From: Eledone cirrhosa
Taxonomy: Eukaryota
Direction of reading: 5' to 3'
Length of the DNA stretch: 64,000 bases
Assembly: GCA_964016885.1 (NCBI GenBank)
Contig: OZ024741.1
Coordinates: forward strand, 380,494,001 to 380,558,000
In this document: one piece after another, positions 49,353 to 61,081 of the stretch
Numbering within the stretch: the stretch's first letter is position 1
How the letters are laid out: every line of letters starts with the position of its first letter
The notes under the pieces: generated by a model
Databases searched by the model: none
What the model was told of the DNA's origin: nothing
The model's input: only the letters and a program-made list of their open reading frames with translations
Program-made: the position numbers and the translations under genes

Positions 49353-51287
49353 ATTGGTAAGCTAAGAGAGAGGGAAGGTTTACTTACCTCCGGGGTCTTG
49401 TGAAGGTCGGGTGGTTCGACCTCCATGGTTGGTGGGGTTTCTTTTGGGAACCCCTTTAAAAGTCTTGATGTGGGTTTCACATTCGGGGTTCCCACGTCTT
49501 GAGGAAAGCTCTCTCGAATTTCTGGCACGCAAAATGTGCTCATTTCAAAAATCTCCCCCTCTGTTTGAATGTCCTCGCTTCGCGCTAAGAGGGCCATCAG
49601 TTTATCGTTGGCCCTTCTGACAAGCACGAAGTTTTTAACATTTTGTTGGTGTGGTTTTATTTGTTTTCGTTTTGGTGAAGGTGGTGGCGATGGTTTTGGT
49701 GGTGTTGTTTCGGGTATGTCTATGTTTGTTGTAGGTGTGGTGTCTGCAATTTCAGGTATTTGTGTGTTTATTTGTACTTGTGTTTGTTTAGGTTGTTTGC
49801 GTTTCGGGGATTGTGGAGGTGGTGTCGATGTTGCTGTTGGTGATGATGTTATTGGGGAAGTGTTTGCGTTAGTGGTGTCTGTATTTTTTGTTGTGTGTGT
49901 TTTTGTGTTTTGTTGGGGCTTTTTTTTATGTGAGTTTTCTCTGTTTTTTTGCACTTTTCGGTTTTCCTTCATCTTCGCTGCTGGAAGACAAAGGGTCTGT
50001 GTCTGTGAGTGTCTCTGTGTCTGTGTGTGCGTTTCTTTTTTTGTCTATGTGTATAATTGGGGGGTTAGAGTGAGTGGGAGAGCTTTCCTCGTTTTCTCCT
50101 TGGATTGGTTTTGGTGTTGGTGGTGATCCGGCTGCTTTTGATGTTGGTGTCCGTGTTTTTGTTGATGTTGTTTTTGGTGGTGGTGGTGGTGCAGCTTTCC
50201 GTGCTGACACTGGCGTTGGCAACAAAGGAGGTTTGCGACCCCCTGCACTTTTGCGCTGAGGGCAGAAGGCTTGAAGATGCGTTTCTTCCCCGCAAACGAA
50301 GCAGCGTGGCCTTCTTCCGTCAATCATTAGTTGGATTGTTGTTCCGTCCTGCAGGCGGGCAAAATCCGGGATGTTATTCATATCCTCCGGTTTCATTTGG
50401 AGAAGAATCTCCAAATCCATTCCGGACCAGTCCTCTCTCTCTGTCCTTTTGATGTCCAGGAGGGTAGTGTCTTTCCCCTCCTCGATTACGCATCCCAGCA
50501 GCCACCATATGTTCATTCCTGGTGGGATGCTGGGAATGCGTACCTTCACTGTCCTTTTGCCCATATAGGACGGATGCATGATAATGCGTTCCGTTCTGCA
50601 GGGGGTCACCGAGTGCTTAATAGCGAGGGCCTCGGTTTTGAACAGTACCGAGATGGTACCGAACTGTTTGCCTCTTTCTTTGTATTCTATGTTACTTCCG
50701 ATGTACTCCAAAGCAGCCTCTACATCTGCTTGGCTCGCAAGTTCTACTTTTCGTGTCTGCACCGAAATACATCGAAAGAGCACCGTCCTCCTTTGCATGG
50801 CCGCTATTGCCTCGTCCGGGATGGTCAGGTTTGCCCCGGATTTCTCCCGTTTAATTAGCCTCCACGCTTTGGCCAACTGTTCGTCTATATCGCTAATATC
50901 AATATCAATATTCAATAAGCGCTTTGTTTTTGCTGCTGCTGCAGCAAATGTGGTGTTTCTGATGCTCTTATTGTTGTTGTTGTCATTCTTGCTGTTGCCA
51001 CCGCCATCCTTGTTTACATCGAAGCTGTCGGTGTTATTGTCGTTATTGCTCTCAGTTGTTGTTGTTGTGGTGGTGGTGGTGGTGGTGGTGATGGTGATGT
51101 CGTTTTCAGATGATACTGCTGCTATGGCAGAAGGTTGTGATGGAGGCTTTTGAGTGTTGCCTTCACATTCAGTAGAGTGGATGACAGGCATGACTGTAGC
51201 CGTCGCAGTCGTGGTGAAATCTGCACTGGCTGCCTTTAAACTTTCGACCTGAACGTTGTTTACCGTTTCAAGGTCGAAAATTTCCAT
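49340..51287 (-). pseudogene. Copy E ORF1 (CX2CX4HX4C knuckle), at least one frameshift near 49950
   Basis: Likely start MEIFDLE (~51287); CFVCGEETHLQAFC; continues in ORF 49340..49972. Confidence 0.87.
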
Positions 51288-51309
51288 AATTTTATTATTA
51301 TTATTTCTA

Positions 51310-51515
51310 GGGCAGTGGATTGACAGAATCGCTATGTTTTGCAGCATAGAGTTACAGCCCTTTATGATCTGAGTTCAAATCCCGCCGAGTTTAACTTTGC
51401 CTTTCATCCTTATGGGGTCGATAAAATAAAGTATCAGTCACACAGTGGGTCAATTTAATCGACCCCCCCCCCCCTCAAATTGCTGGCCTTGTGCCTATAT
51501 AAGAAACCATTATTA
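51310..51515 (+). mobile_element. tRNA-derived SINE (19550 family variant)
   Basis: GGGCAGTGGATTG head, GAGTTCAAATCCCG B box, 3' end GGCCTTGTGCCTATATAAGAAACCATTATT; imperfect TSD-like flanks TTATTATTATTATTTCT and TTATTAATATTGTTTCT. Confidence 0.85.
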
Positions 51516-53899
51516 ATATTGTTTCTTAATTGGCCAAGATTAAATTGAATGTGCAAGAAATAGCTTTTATTGTAGTGTGTGTAGAAGCTAGAGCTGGGCT
51601 TTCTATTCATGAATGACCAATCATAACTCTCCATTCACAATGCCAATTATATAGCCCAACACTGATTCCTTTGAGGTCTCATTGGTACATGAGGACTTGC
51701 ATATCAACAGAATCCTCATGGAGCCTAATACCACAAAAAGTACATCATTGCAGGCCACCTGTCCATATTGTACAACAAAGATACTTATGAGTAAGGGCTG
51801 AAGATTATCACTAATATCTTTTACTGTGAGCCTCATGTTCCCTAGTCCAAAATACAGTTTATGGACAGGTGTGCAATGTGGTAGACTTCCATGTCTGTCC
51901 CCAGTTGATTTAGAACACATGGTGCCCTATATTTTCTTGCACCTGCTGTAGAATATCTCATTCCACATATTATCAAGAGCTGCATTTAATTGTACTTTTG
52001 ATGAATTATGCAAGGCATCTGTGGTTTTTGCAGTGTTCAGGAAGGTTACATTCCTTCTTTCTCACACCTGTCTGATAGACTCAACTAGAATATATTCTGC
52101 TTTTGTTAGATAATGCAGTCATGTTGTTCTTTTCTTTTGTCTAAATATGGCATGTCTAAAGTACCTTTGATTGAAGTTATGTGTGTAATAAACAAAATCA
52201 GTGTTCCACTTAAATTTCTATCCTTTTTTTAACAATGCGTGTGTGCATGCTTGCACATGTTATTATTGTTGCTGTTGTTGTTAGATTCGAATGCTTAAAA
52301 TCATTACATTTGTACATACCAGTGTAATTATGGATAGAAATATCATTTATTTCCTTTTTGAAACATACATTTACAATACTTTAGTTCATTTTGTAGTGTT
52401 TTTTACATGGTTGTCTTCATTTTCAATTTTCTTAATTGTGATTTTCTTAGTGCTATTTCTCATAACTATTCAGTATATGTGTGTAGTCAAATATATAAAA
52501 AAGAATTGTCTAGAAACAAATTATATTTTTCATATGATGCCTAAAACCTGTATTGACAGACTTTCAAATTATCAAAATGAGAATAAAATTTCAAAATCAT
52601 TCAATATGCCATTCGCATGTAAGTAAAATCAAGTTATGTAAAGAGCAAAATGAAAACACTGGCCGATTAAGAATGCACATACCCCCTAACCTAACAACTG
52701 CTTGGTATTAATTGTTTAAGCTTCACCTGTGAGTCTCTCTTGATACTGATATCCTTTTTGATTATTTAGTTTTCATTATTTATCCTTTACATGTTGCCAT
52801 GTCCTGAAAAGATGTAGATTATAATCTAGATTTCAATAACTTATTAAAGGAGCAAGGAGTTTGTTGGAAAGAGGATCATGCCTGCAAGGTGCAACAAATA
52901 AAGGAAAAATACATTTCAGTATGTCTAGACTTGATTAGAGAAATGCATTTGATAGTATGACCCACTTTTGGATAATGGATCCAACGTTAAGAATATTATT
53001 GATGTAGTAGCAAAGTACATCCAACATGTCACATCAAATTGGAAAATAATTATAACTCTACAAAGGAAAAAGGAAATTGAAAATTAGTAAAACCAGCCTT
53101 TATCCTTAAGAAAGATGGAGATTCTCGGGAGATTCACTATACTACTCTACTCTCTTACCTAGCTCTGACTACAATAACAGGTCCATTGAATGAAAGTACC
53201 TATTGTTATAGATGTTACGGATGAACAATAAGGGGATTTTAAAAAAATGTTAAGGTATGTTTTTCTACCAAAGGGGCAAACCAACTAAAACAGAGAACAT
53301 TAAATTTGAGCAGAAAATCCCCTACACATAAGAAGGAGTAAGTAAGAATGATAAGAGACAAACACAAAAATAAGGAGAAAATTACAAATGTTTACTACAG
53401 AAGAGAGAAATTAATATTAGAAATTGAACTGAAAGCTAAAATAAAAATAATTATAAATACACTAATTAAACTAATCACAGGATTCAACATTTTTAATGGA
53501 AACTAAACCAATGGCAAAGCTTATTCAGATAAACCCATGAAAGAATTAAAAGCTCTGAAGCCACCACAGTATTCACTCTGTGCAAAACACTTTTATTTAA
53601 TCTATACTGGAGACTATAAAACCAGCAACTCATTCAACCTGCAGCATATGTAATTGTGATCCATTGATTTAATGCAACCCACATATCACACTAATCATAC
53701 AGAACATACAAAATAAATGACACCTAACAAAATAATACAGCCATTCCTTATATTCTGTTAACATCTGTTAACAGAATGAACATAACAAATCAAAAATTGA
53801 TGTGGTATAAAAACACAAGTCTACATCCCCAAACAACTTGAAGTGCTTACATTAGAAATATAATAGTGTACCTGGTGGTGTTGTAGGAATGCAATATTT

Positions 53900-54050
53900 C
53901 TAATGTTGGTACAGAGCATTTTGTAGGGATGTTTGTTGATTAAATTGACCCTAGTACATAACTAGTACTTCGTTTTCTCAAATCAGGAGGGATGAAAATC
54001 AAAGTTGACTTCAGCAGAATTGGAACATGAGAGGGAAGTGCTGGAGCAAA
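53900..54050 (-). mobile_element. Old SINE remnant (19550 family)
   Basis: CTAGTAC..GGATGAAAATCAAAGTTGACTTCAGCAGAATTGGAAC matches the reverse-complement body; a similar remnant lies at ~58630-58830. Confidence 0.55.
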
Positions 54051-55324
54051 TATCCCAATACATTTGTACAAATGATATGAATTTACATAAACCAGAAAAA
54101 CCATGTACAGAATGGCCTATGTAGAAATTAAATTTCCAATTAATGGAAATTTGCTTTTTTGCTGGAGAAAGAAAACAAACCTAGTAGGAATTATTAGCAT
54201 TTCTCAAAGAATCAAGTATCATGGTTCATAAACATATTACTTTTCATTCTTAGAGAATCTCTTATCTTTGTTATCAGATAAGAGGAGGTTATTGTATCAT
54301 ATCCCCTGCTTCCTTTTTTCTTCAGTTATATATCAGTGAGAATGCCAAGCTCAACTTTAGGGGTAAGAAAATCTGTGTTGGTATTTTATTGACTTATATT
54401 GTGACCTTTACTATGCTAACATCAAATGGAAACCGGGTTTTTAGTACTTAGCATAGCTTTAGTCAATTTGCCTAAATTATTAAATAGGTCATTTAATTGA
54501 TTGAACAAGTGGACACATGGTCATATTAATCTCTAATCTAATAATTTGTGTGTGTGAGGACAGCTGTCATAGATATCATCAACATAGTATTGCTACCTCA
54601 ATTATAGCCCAGACAGTGTGGGAAAATGCCCTCTAGCATGCAAAACTACAGATGCAAGCTGCCTTCATTGCGATGGATAAATTAATTTAAAGAACATTAA
54701 ACCAAACTAGATAATTTCTTCTCTGATGACCTTCGGCTGTCCAGTTCTCTTGAGAGTTTCTTATCACCTTTAACCTTGGTATTAAATAAATATTCCAAAT
54801 ATAGTTTTTGCAACCAATATTTCAGTCGTGATTAAGTGAAAAACATTTTAAAGACTTACTCTTACTCTCTTTTCTCCCTCTCTCACACACACTCACACTA
54901 TTTTTGTATCTATTTGTCTCTTTTTTTGTTTTGTTTTCCTTTTATTTTGTTTTATTTAATTCTTCTCAGCTTGTAATACTTAGACAATTTTTATGACTAA
55001 CAATATTATTATTATTTTGAGTATTCCAATCTAGTCTTTAAACAGTTTCCTTGTGAAATACTTTTGATCATGTCTCTTCTCAACATAGAGATTAAAACCA
55101 ATAGCAACAAACAATTTCAGGTCTCACTTCTTCAGTGTAATTGTAACTACATTGTTTCCATGTTAGTGCAAAACATTCAAATTGACTGATAAGTTTCAGA
55201 AAGCCAATAGAATGTGATAGAAATATATAAGGCAAAGGATGACAAATAAAACAAAACAAAGTAGTGTTTTATCCAGTATATTTCAGCATGATATTTCAGG
55301 CTATTACCATTTTTGTCAGTCATT

Positions 55325-55410
55325 GAGGCAGATTGTATGATGCTTGTATACGAACAGTAATGTTACATGGTAGTGAGACCTGGGCATTGTGTGTTGAGGA
55401 TCTGCACAGT
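55325..55410 (+). mobile_element. Isolated internal RTE fragment
   Basis: Encodes RLYDACIRTVMLHGSETWALCVEDL, matching the other RTE copies. Confidence 0.75.
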
Positions 55411-55998
55411 ATACCAAACTATTCAGTTACCGTCTTCTTTCTTCTAACTATTCATTAATGTTGTCTTTGTGGTTTATCCTGTTACTCTGTTGTTATAGTT
55501 TGTGATCTTGTAGCATATTTTAACTGTTTTTCTTATAAATGACACTGCCTATTATTTTCAAAAACGTCTGAGATTAATCAAAGATTTTGTGGGATTTACA
55601 AATAAAACTGGTTCATTATGTAACTGGTGTTTAGAATATAACTTGATAAAAGGATTGAAGGATTCTAGATAGATATAAACATAAAATACTGTTGTATCAT
55701 AGAGCCAGGTGCAATCCTATATGGTTTGGCATTAAAAGTGTTAAATCTATTTCACAAATATTTTGTTGTATATCTGAAGAAAAGAGATACATTATGTGTG
55801 AAAGTTAAGAAAGTACTAACTGCAGCAATTCCATAATCTTCTGAACTCTTATCTTATGTCAGAACTAATCAAGATATTTAGAATTAAATTTTAATAACTT
55901 TGTAAACATTTGTTATCTCAGAACTTTGTATGATTTAAAAATATGACTCCTTGCATGATTATATAACCTGTTTTTTCTTTATTGTAAAGTCTATTACT

Positions 55999-58010
55999 AT
56001 ATCATCATCATCATCATCGCTTAACGTCCATCTTCCACGCTTGCGTGCGTTTGGACGGGAATTTTTCCACTTGAGGCAAGATTGGTTGCTTGCTCGTATA
56101 GGACTGTCTGGTGGGTTTTCTACGGCTGGATACCCTTCCTAACACCAACCACGTTTACAGTGTGGACTGGGTGGTGTTTACCGTGTTACCTACATGGCCA
56201 CATTACAGCGTGGACTGTGTGTTTTTTTGTCGTGACACCTACACAACCTCATTTATTTCGAACTGGATGTTGTGGTACCAACATAACTTTACATTGAAAG
56301 GGGTGGTGTGGATAGGTGGGGGTGGATGTAGTGGGACGGGGGTGTATTTTTGTTAGAGGTGCCTACTGACTGTAGGTTTCGCTTTGTACTTAGGCAAGGC
56401 GGGTCTTCTGTATTACTGTGTAGCACCAAAGATCTCGGTCCAGTGACATTGTCTTGGAGAAGTGTAAGTGTGTGAGGTCGGAATTTATCAAGTCGTCCCA
56501 GGTTTTTCTGGGTCTGCCTACTCCGTGGCTAACATCTATTTTTATCGCCCTGCACTTTTTTATATAGCTGTCGTCTTTCATGCGCATCACGTGACCGTAC
56601 CAACGTAGTCTTCTCTCGAGTAAACAACATCTGATCCCTCTTATTTCTAATTTCTCCCTTAGTTCGTTTATGCGTTGCCGTTCACGTATATTACTATTAC
56701 ACATCCAGCAGAACATGCAAGCTTCGTACCTCTCCAGTCTGCGTATATCCTCTGCACACAATGCACAAGTCTCACTGCTATGTAACATTGCTGTTCATAT
56801 GCAGGCATCATACAGCCTGCCTTTCATTTTTAGAGAAAAACCTTTAGCGGCCAATAGTGGTATAAGCTCTCTGAACTTTTTCCATCCCGTTCTGACTCTA
56901 GCTACTGTGCTTTCAGAGCACCCTCCACCATTGCTGATTTTGTCACCCAGTAACGGAAGGTGTCCACTATTTCTATAGAACCATCCGTGCAATGGAATGA
57001 GCTAGTATTCTGTGGGCACTTGCTGCTACTTATTGCACCTGAGGACCGGCCACATATAAAATCTATATTCTTAGTTAGCTTACCTGTGATCCCACTACAT
57101 CTTTTATGCACCCATACTTTGCATTTGGGACATAAACTGGAGTTTCTGCCTACTCCTGTCCTACACACTGAGCATGGCCATTTCCCAGATGGGACCGGTG
57201 CCCTATTTTCCTTCCTACAAACTAGAACTTTAGTCTTAGACAGGTTAATTTTAAGGCCTTTTGATTCTAGGCCATGCTTCCATGTTTGGAATTTCTTCTC
57301 TAGTTCAGCCATTGATTCAGCTATGAGCGTTAGATCATCTGCGTATAGGATTTCCCATGGGCAGCCAGTCTTGAACTCCTCTGTTATAGCCTGAAGGGCA
57401 ATAATAAATAGTAGGGTGCTAAGGACGGAGCCCTGATGAACACCAAATTTTAAGCTAAACTCTTCACTATATTCGTTGTTAATTCTAACCTTGCTGACTG
57501 TGTCTTTATACATGGCTTGTATAGCTCTCACAAGCCATTCATCAACACCTAGTTTTCTAAGATCCCACCAGATAATGCAGCGGGGGGTCTCTGTCAAAGG
57601 CTTTCTCCAAGTCAACAACAGCTAAGTATAGGGGTTTACTTTTAGCTAGGTACTTCTCCTGTAGTTGTCGTACAATGAAAAGAGCGTCTGTGGTACTTTT
57701 ACCTGACACAAACCCGAACTGCATTTCATCTAAATCAATTCACTCTCTGATTAGTTGCGCTATTACTTTTTGTGTGACCTTCATGACCTGGTCGATTAAT
57801 TTAATGCCTCTATAGTTACCCCTATCTAGGGCATCTCCTTTACTCTTGTAGCAGTTAATGATGATGCTGCTACGCCAGTCCTTCGGAATGACCCCATTCT
57901 GTATGACTTGGTTTACTATCCGGGTGACCATAGTGTGTCCCACCGTTCCAAATGCTTTCAGCATTTCAGCAACTATTGCCAAAGGCCCAGCCACCTTACC
58001 CGTCTTCATA
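55999..58010 (-). mobile_element. RTE-clade LINE, 5'-truncated, long 3' UTR
   Basis: NYRGIKL, GVHQGSVLS, YADD, PHD-like finger and GRPRKTW in ORFs 57740..58048, 56902..57618 and 56390..56788; (CAT)n tail at 56000. Confidence 0.93.
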
Positions 58011-59589
58011 TATGATTCATATATGATTCTGTAAAATCCTTTCCGCACATATATTGTTTTTATATTGTGTGGTAGTCTTAACCAATGGCCTTTTTAAATA
58101 TCACCACCTGGTGCTTCAATACCTATAGCAGTTCATTGAGCCATGTCTCCCATTTGAGAGTACCTTCCTCCATCCCTTCCTCCCTGTATGTAGTATCAGA
58201 GACCCTGAAGTGAAAACAACTTTCATGACCGTATTTCAAATGGAATACACTATTTCAATTAATTAATTGAAAAAGTTAGCGTGTTTACTAAAATTATTGA
58301 AGTTTTGGTACTAAGATAGTAATGTAAGATGTGGAGTATCCAAAATGCTGCAAAATATTATATAAATTAGGGAACAATTGTGGTTTTGTTTCATAGAGCC
58401 AGTTTAGGCCAGGTTAATAATAAATGTGTTAATTCTATTTTGATAAGCTATTGTTTTGTGTGACTAGAAAGGATTTGTATAGTCCGTTTTTTTTTGTTTG
58501 TTTTTTTTACTAGTGTCAAGTTAGGTAACAACCTTTTGAGAAAATATGATGTTTGAAGCCATTCCCGACACATTAGTATTTGACATAATAAAATTCTCTA
58601 AAACAGGGAGCAATCAAAGACGTGTAATGGCTGGTTTCAAATTTAGGTACAACCCCTATGTTGTTTTATTTTTGTTGAAGGAAATTTGATTAAGTTAATC
58701 CCAGTACTTGATTAGTACTTTCTTTTGTTGACCTTGGATGGATGAAGGGCAAATTCGATGTTCATGAGACTTCAATTCAGAATTTAAAGAGCTGTAACTA
58801 AATTACCACAAGTTAGTTAATCCTTTAATGATTCTGTCAATCCAATGCCTTAAACCAAGTATCAGTTTGTGTATCAGGATTTGACAATCAAGTATCCACC
58901 AGGTGTTTACCTGTCTTGAAAATAGTCTACCATAGTCTCCTTGAAAATAATCCATCATAGTATCGTTTTTTAGCAATGAATGGACAATAATTCTCTCAGA
59001 TTTTCTCTAGTCACATTTCAAACTGATTAAACTCTTTTTTCTTTTCCCTCTAGATTTTCCTCCAGAATGGATCCTTTTCTTCCTTGAAATAAGTCTTTGT
59101 GATTTTTATTGACTATCCTCTGTTGATTGCTGGCTGATTTCAACTGAGTTGCCTGTTAGCTATTACTACTTCAAATACTCTCTTCTGATAATGAAGTTTC
59201 TCACTAACAAATTTTAACTAATGTTTTTTAGTTATTTCACATACATAGATATTTGACAAGTTTTTTTTTTCAATATTTGATGATGAGACATGTAATTTTG
59301 TATTTGTTTTCATTTGATAGGTAGCAAGTAAACAAATATGCTGATAGACAGGAAACACTTCTTGAAATGGAGTAAAGAATGAAGTTTGCTTGGTACAGTG
59401 AAATGCCCGGCCACAATTCTTGCCTAAAGTCATCCTGTCAAGCACAGTTGAGGGAAGCCACAGAAGAAGCAGTCAAAGAAATATGTTTCCAAAGCATCAA
59501 GGACTGAACCACAAAGTGGAGACCTGTGGTGACAGCTAACTGGGAAAACATCTTCAGTGGCACCCATCCAATTGTCTGCACCAGTTGTA

Positions 59590-59717
59590 GAAGAAGAAGA
59601 AGAAGAAGAAGAAGAAGAAGAAGAAGAAGAAGAAGAAGAAGAAGAAGAAGAAGAAGAAGAAGAAGAAGAAGAAGAAGAAGAAGAAGAAGAAGAAGAAGAA
59701 GAAGAAGAAGAAGAAGA
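59590..59717. repeat. (GAA)n trinucleotide tract, ~42 units
   Basis: Pure tract read directly. Confidence 0.97.
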
Positions 59718-60679
59718 TAGGTATCACAATAATATTTCATAAATCCGTAATCTTTTTATGATTACTAAATCCATAATAACATTTTAAATTATTTTGCTTT
59801 TATTTACCTCTCTTGTATCTTCAAGACTTGTTTAACAGTTGTAGAGAGGGACTATATGTAAGCGTCCAAGCGATTGTTCATCAGTCTGTTGTAATTATTT
59901 CCCCCACCCCTTAGTGACCACTATCAATTACAACACAGTAGAGTCCTTATAAATATTGGTCAAACAAGGTTTTGTACCAGGAATTTAAAAAATATAAAAA
60001 GCTTTTCTTGAAATATTTTATTAAGAATACATTCTGACCTGTCATAGTTTGTAATACACTTACTTATCTTGGTTATTACTACTAATAACTGGAAGCAATA
60101 TGTGAATGGCTAACCTTCTGGCAAGGCAACAGAATTAATTGTCAAAGTCAAATGTAGCAGCACACTTTATGTTGGCACGTGTGTTCTATGAATATGTTTA
60201 TTTAATAATATTTCTGAACTATTTACAAATTTTGGAATAAAATTACAACAAGCAAGAATATTGCTTTTTGGCATAATTGTTTTGTCAGGAAATAATCTAG
60301 CTCTGAGTGAAATATTTTCAACTATATTTTCATTCTATTCTTAAGAGGAGGTAACTTTTTCAGCCACCTTATTGCATTTCCATAAGTCATTATTGAGTTC
60401 ATAACCCCAAGAAAAATGTACTTTATAGGTAGTTTCTGCTATAACTACAACAAAAAGAAGTTTTTAAATATACTTTCCAATGGTAATTATTTATATATTT
60501 TTTTATTTTTTGGCTCTTCATCGTTGATTTTGTCTTTCTGCAAGGTGTGGTCAAGTTTAATACAGACATTTGTCTAGCCTAGAACCAGGCCTATGACAGC
60601 ATGCACCTGTGCAGAAAGAAGAGATCTTTTTGTCTAATGCTCTTTAGAGAGTATAGTGAACTAAATAAGAATACACACT

Positions 60680-60726
<47 letters not shown>

Positions 60727-61009
60727 AAGATGAATATAAAATGAAAGTGCTTTTATAAAGGAATTTATTAGGTATTGACATATGTTTCTGTAACAGACGG
60801 AATACCTATGTATCGCTGCTTGCGTATTCATATAATGTTAGAAAGTATTCGATAGCAATTATATTAGTTGTAAGAAAGGAAGAAGAGAAGGGATAGTATA
60901 TGACAGATGGCAATTCAATTTGCTGGTAAACAAGTATATAGAAGGTTTTTAATGAGAATACATATAACATGACGATATATTATCACTACATTATTGATAA
61001 CTTGAAATT

Positions 61010-61081
61010 TTATATATATATATATATATAATTATATATATATATATATATATAATTATATATATATATATATATATATAA
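61010..61081. repeat. (TA)n microsatellite at the RTE 5' truncation
   Basis: Read directly; another tract lies at 60686-60722. Confidence 0.93.

Larger units (their letters stand above)
45617..51290 (-). mobile_element. Tx1/L1-like retrotransposon copy E (near full length, same subfamily as A)
   Basis: ORF1 plus ORF2 with a 611-aa open RT segment; 3' ~1.5 kb nearly identical to copy A; (ATT)n tail at 45617-45638. Confidence 0.95.

Noticed and set aside
32483-51153. Many plus-strand ORFs recurring in several Tx1 copies (e.g. 32825..33178 and 46936..47289)
   Set aside because: Antisense shadows of GC-rich ORF1/ORF2; recurrence follows from element homology and they show no independent motifs.
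51621-51920. 99-aa ORF in non-repetitive-looking DNA
   Set aside because: No recognisable domain or splice context.
52950-53850. A-rich stretch with a DFNA-like motif, possible old L1-type remnant
   Set aside because: A single short motif and no continuous frame.
59438-59742. Poly-L, poly-R and poly-E ORFs
   Set aside because: Frames of the (GAA)n tract.
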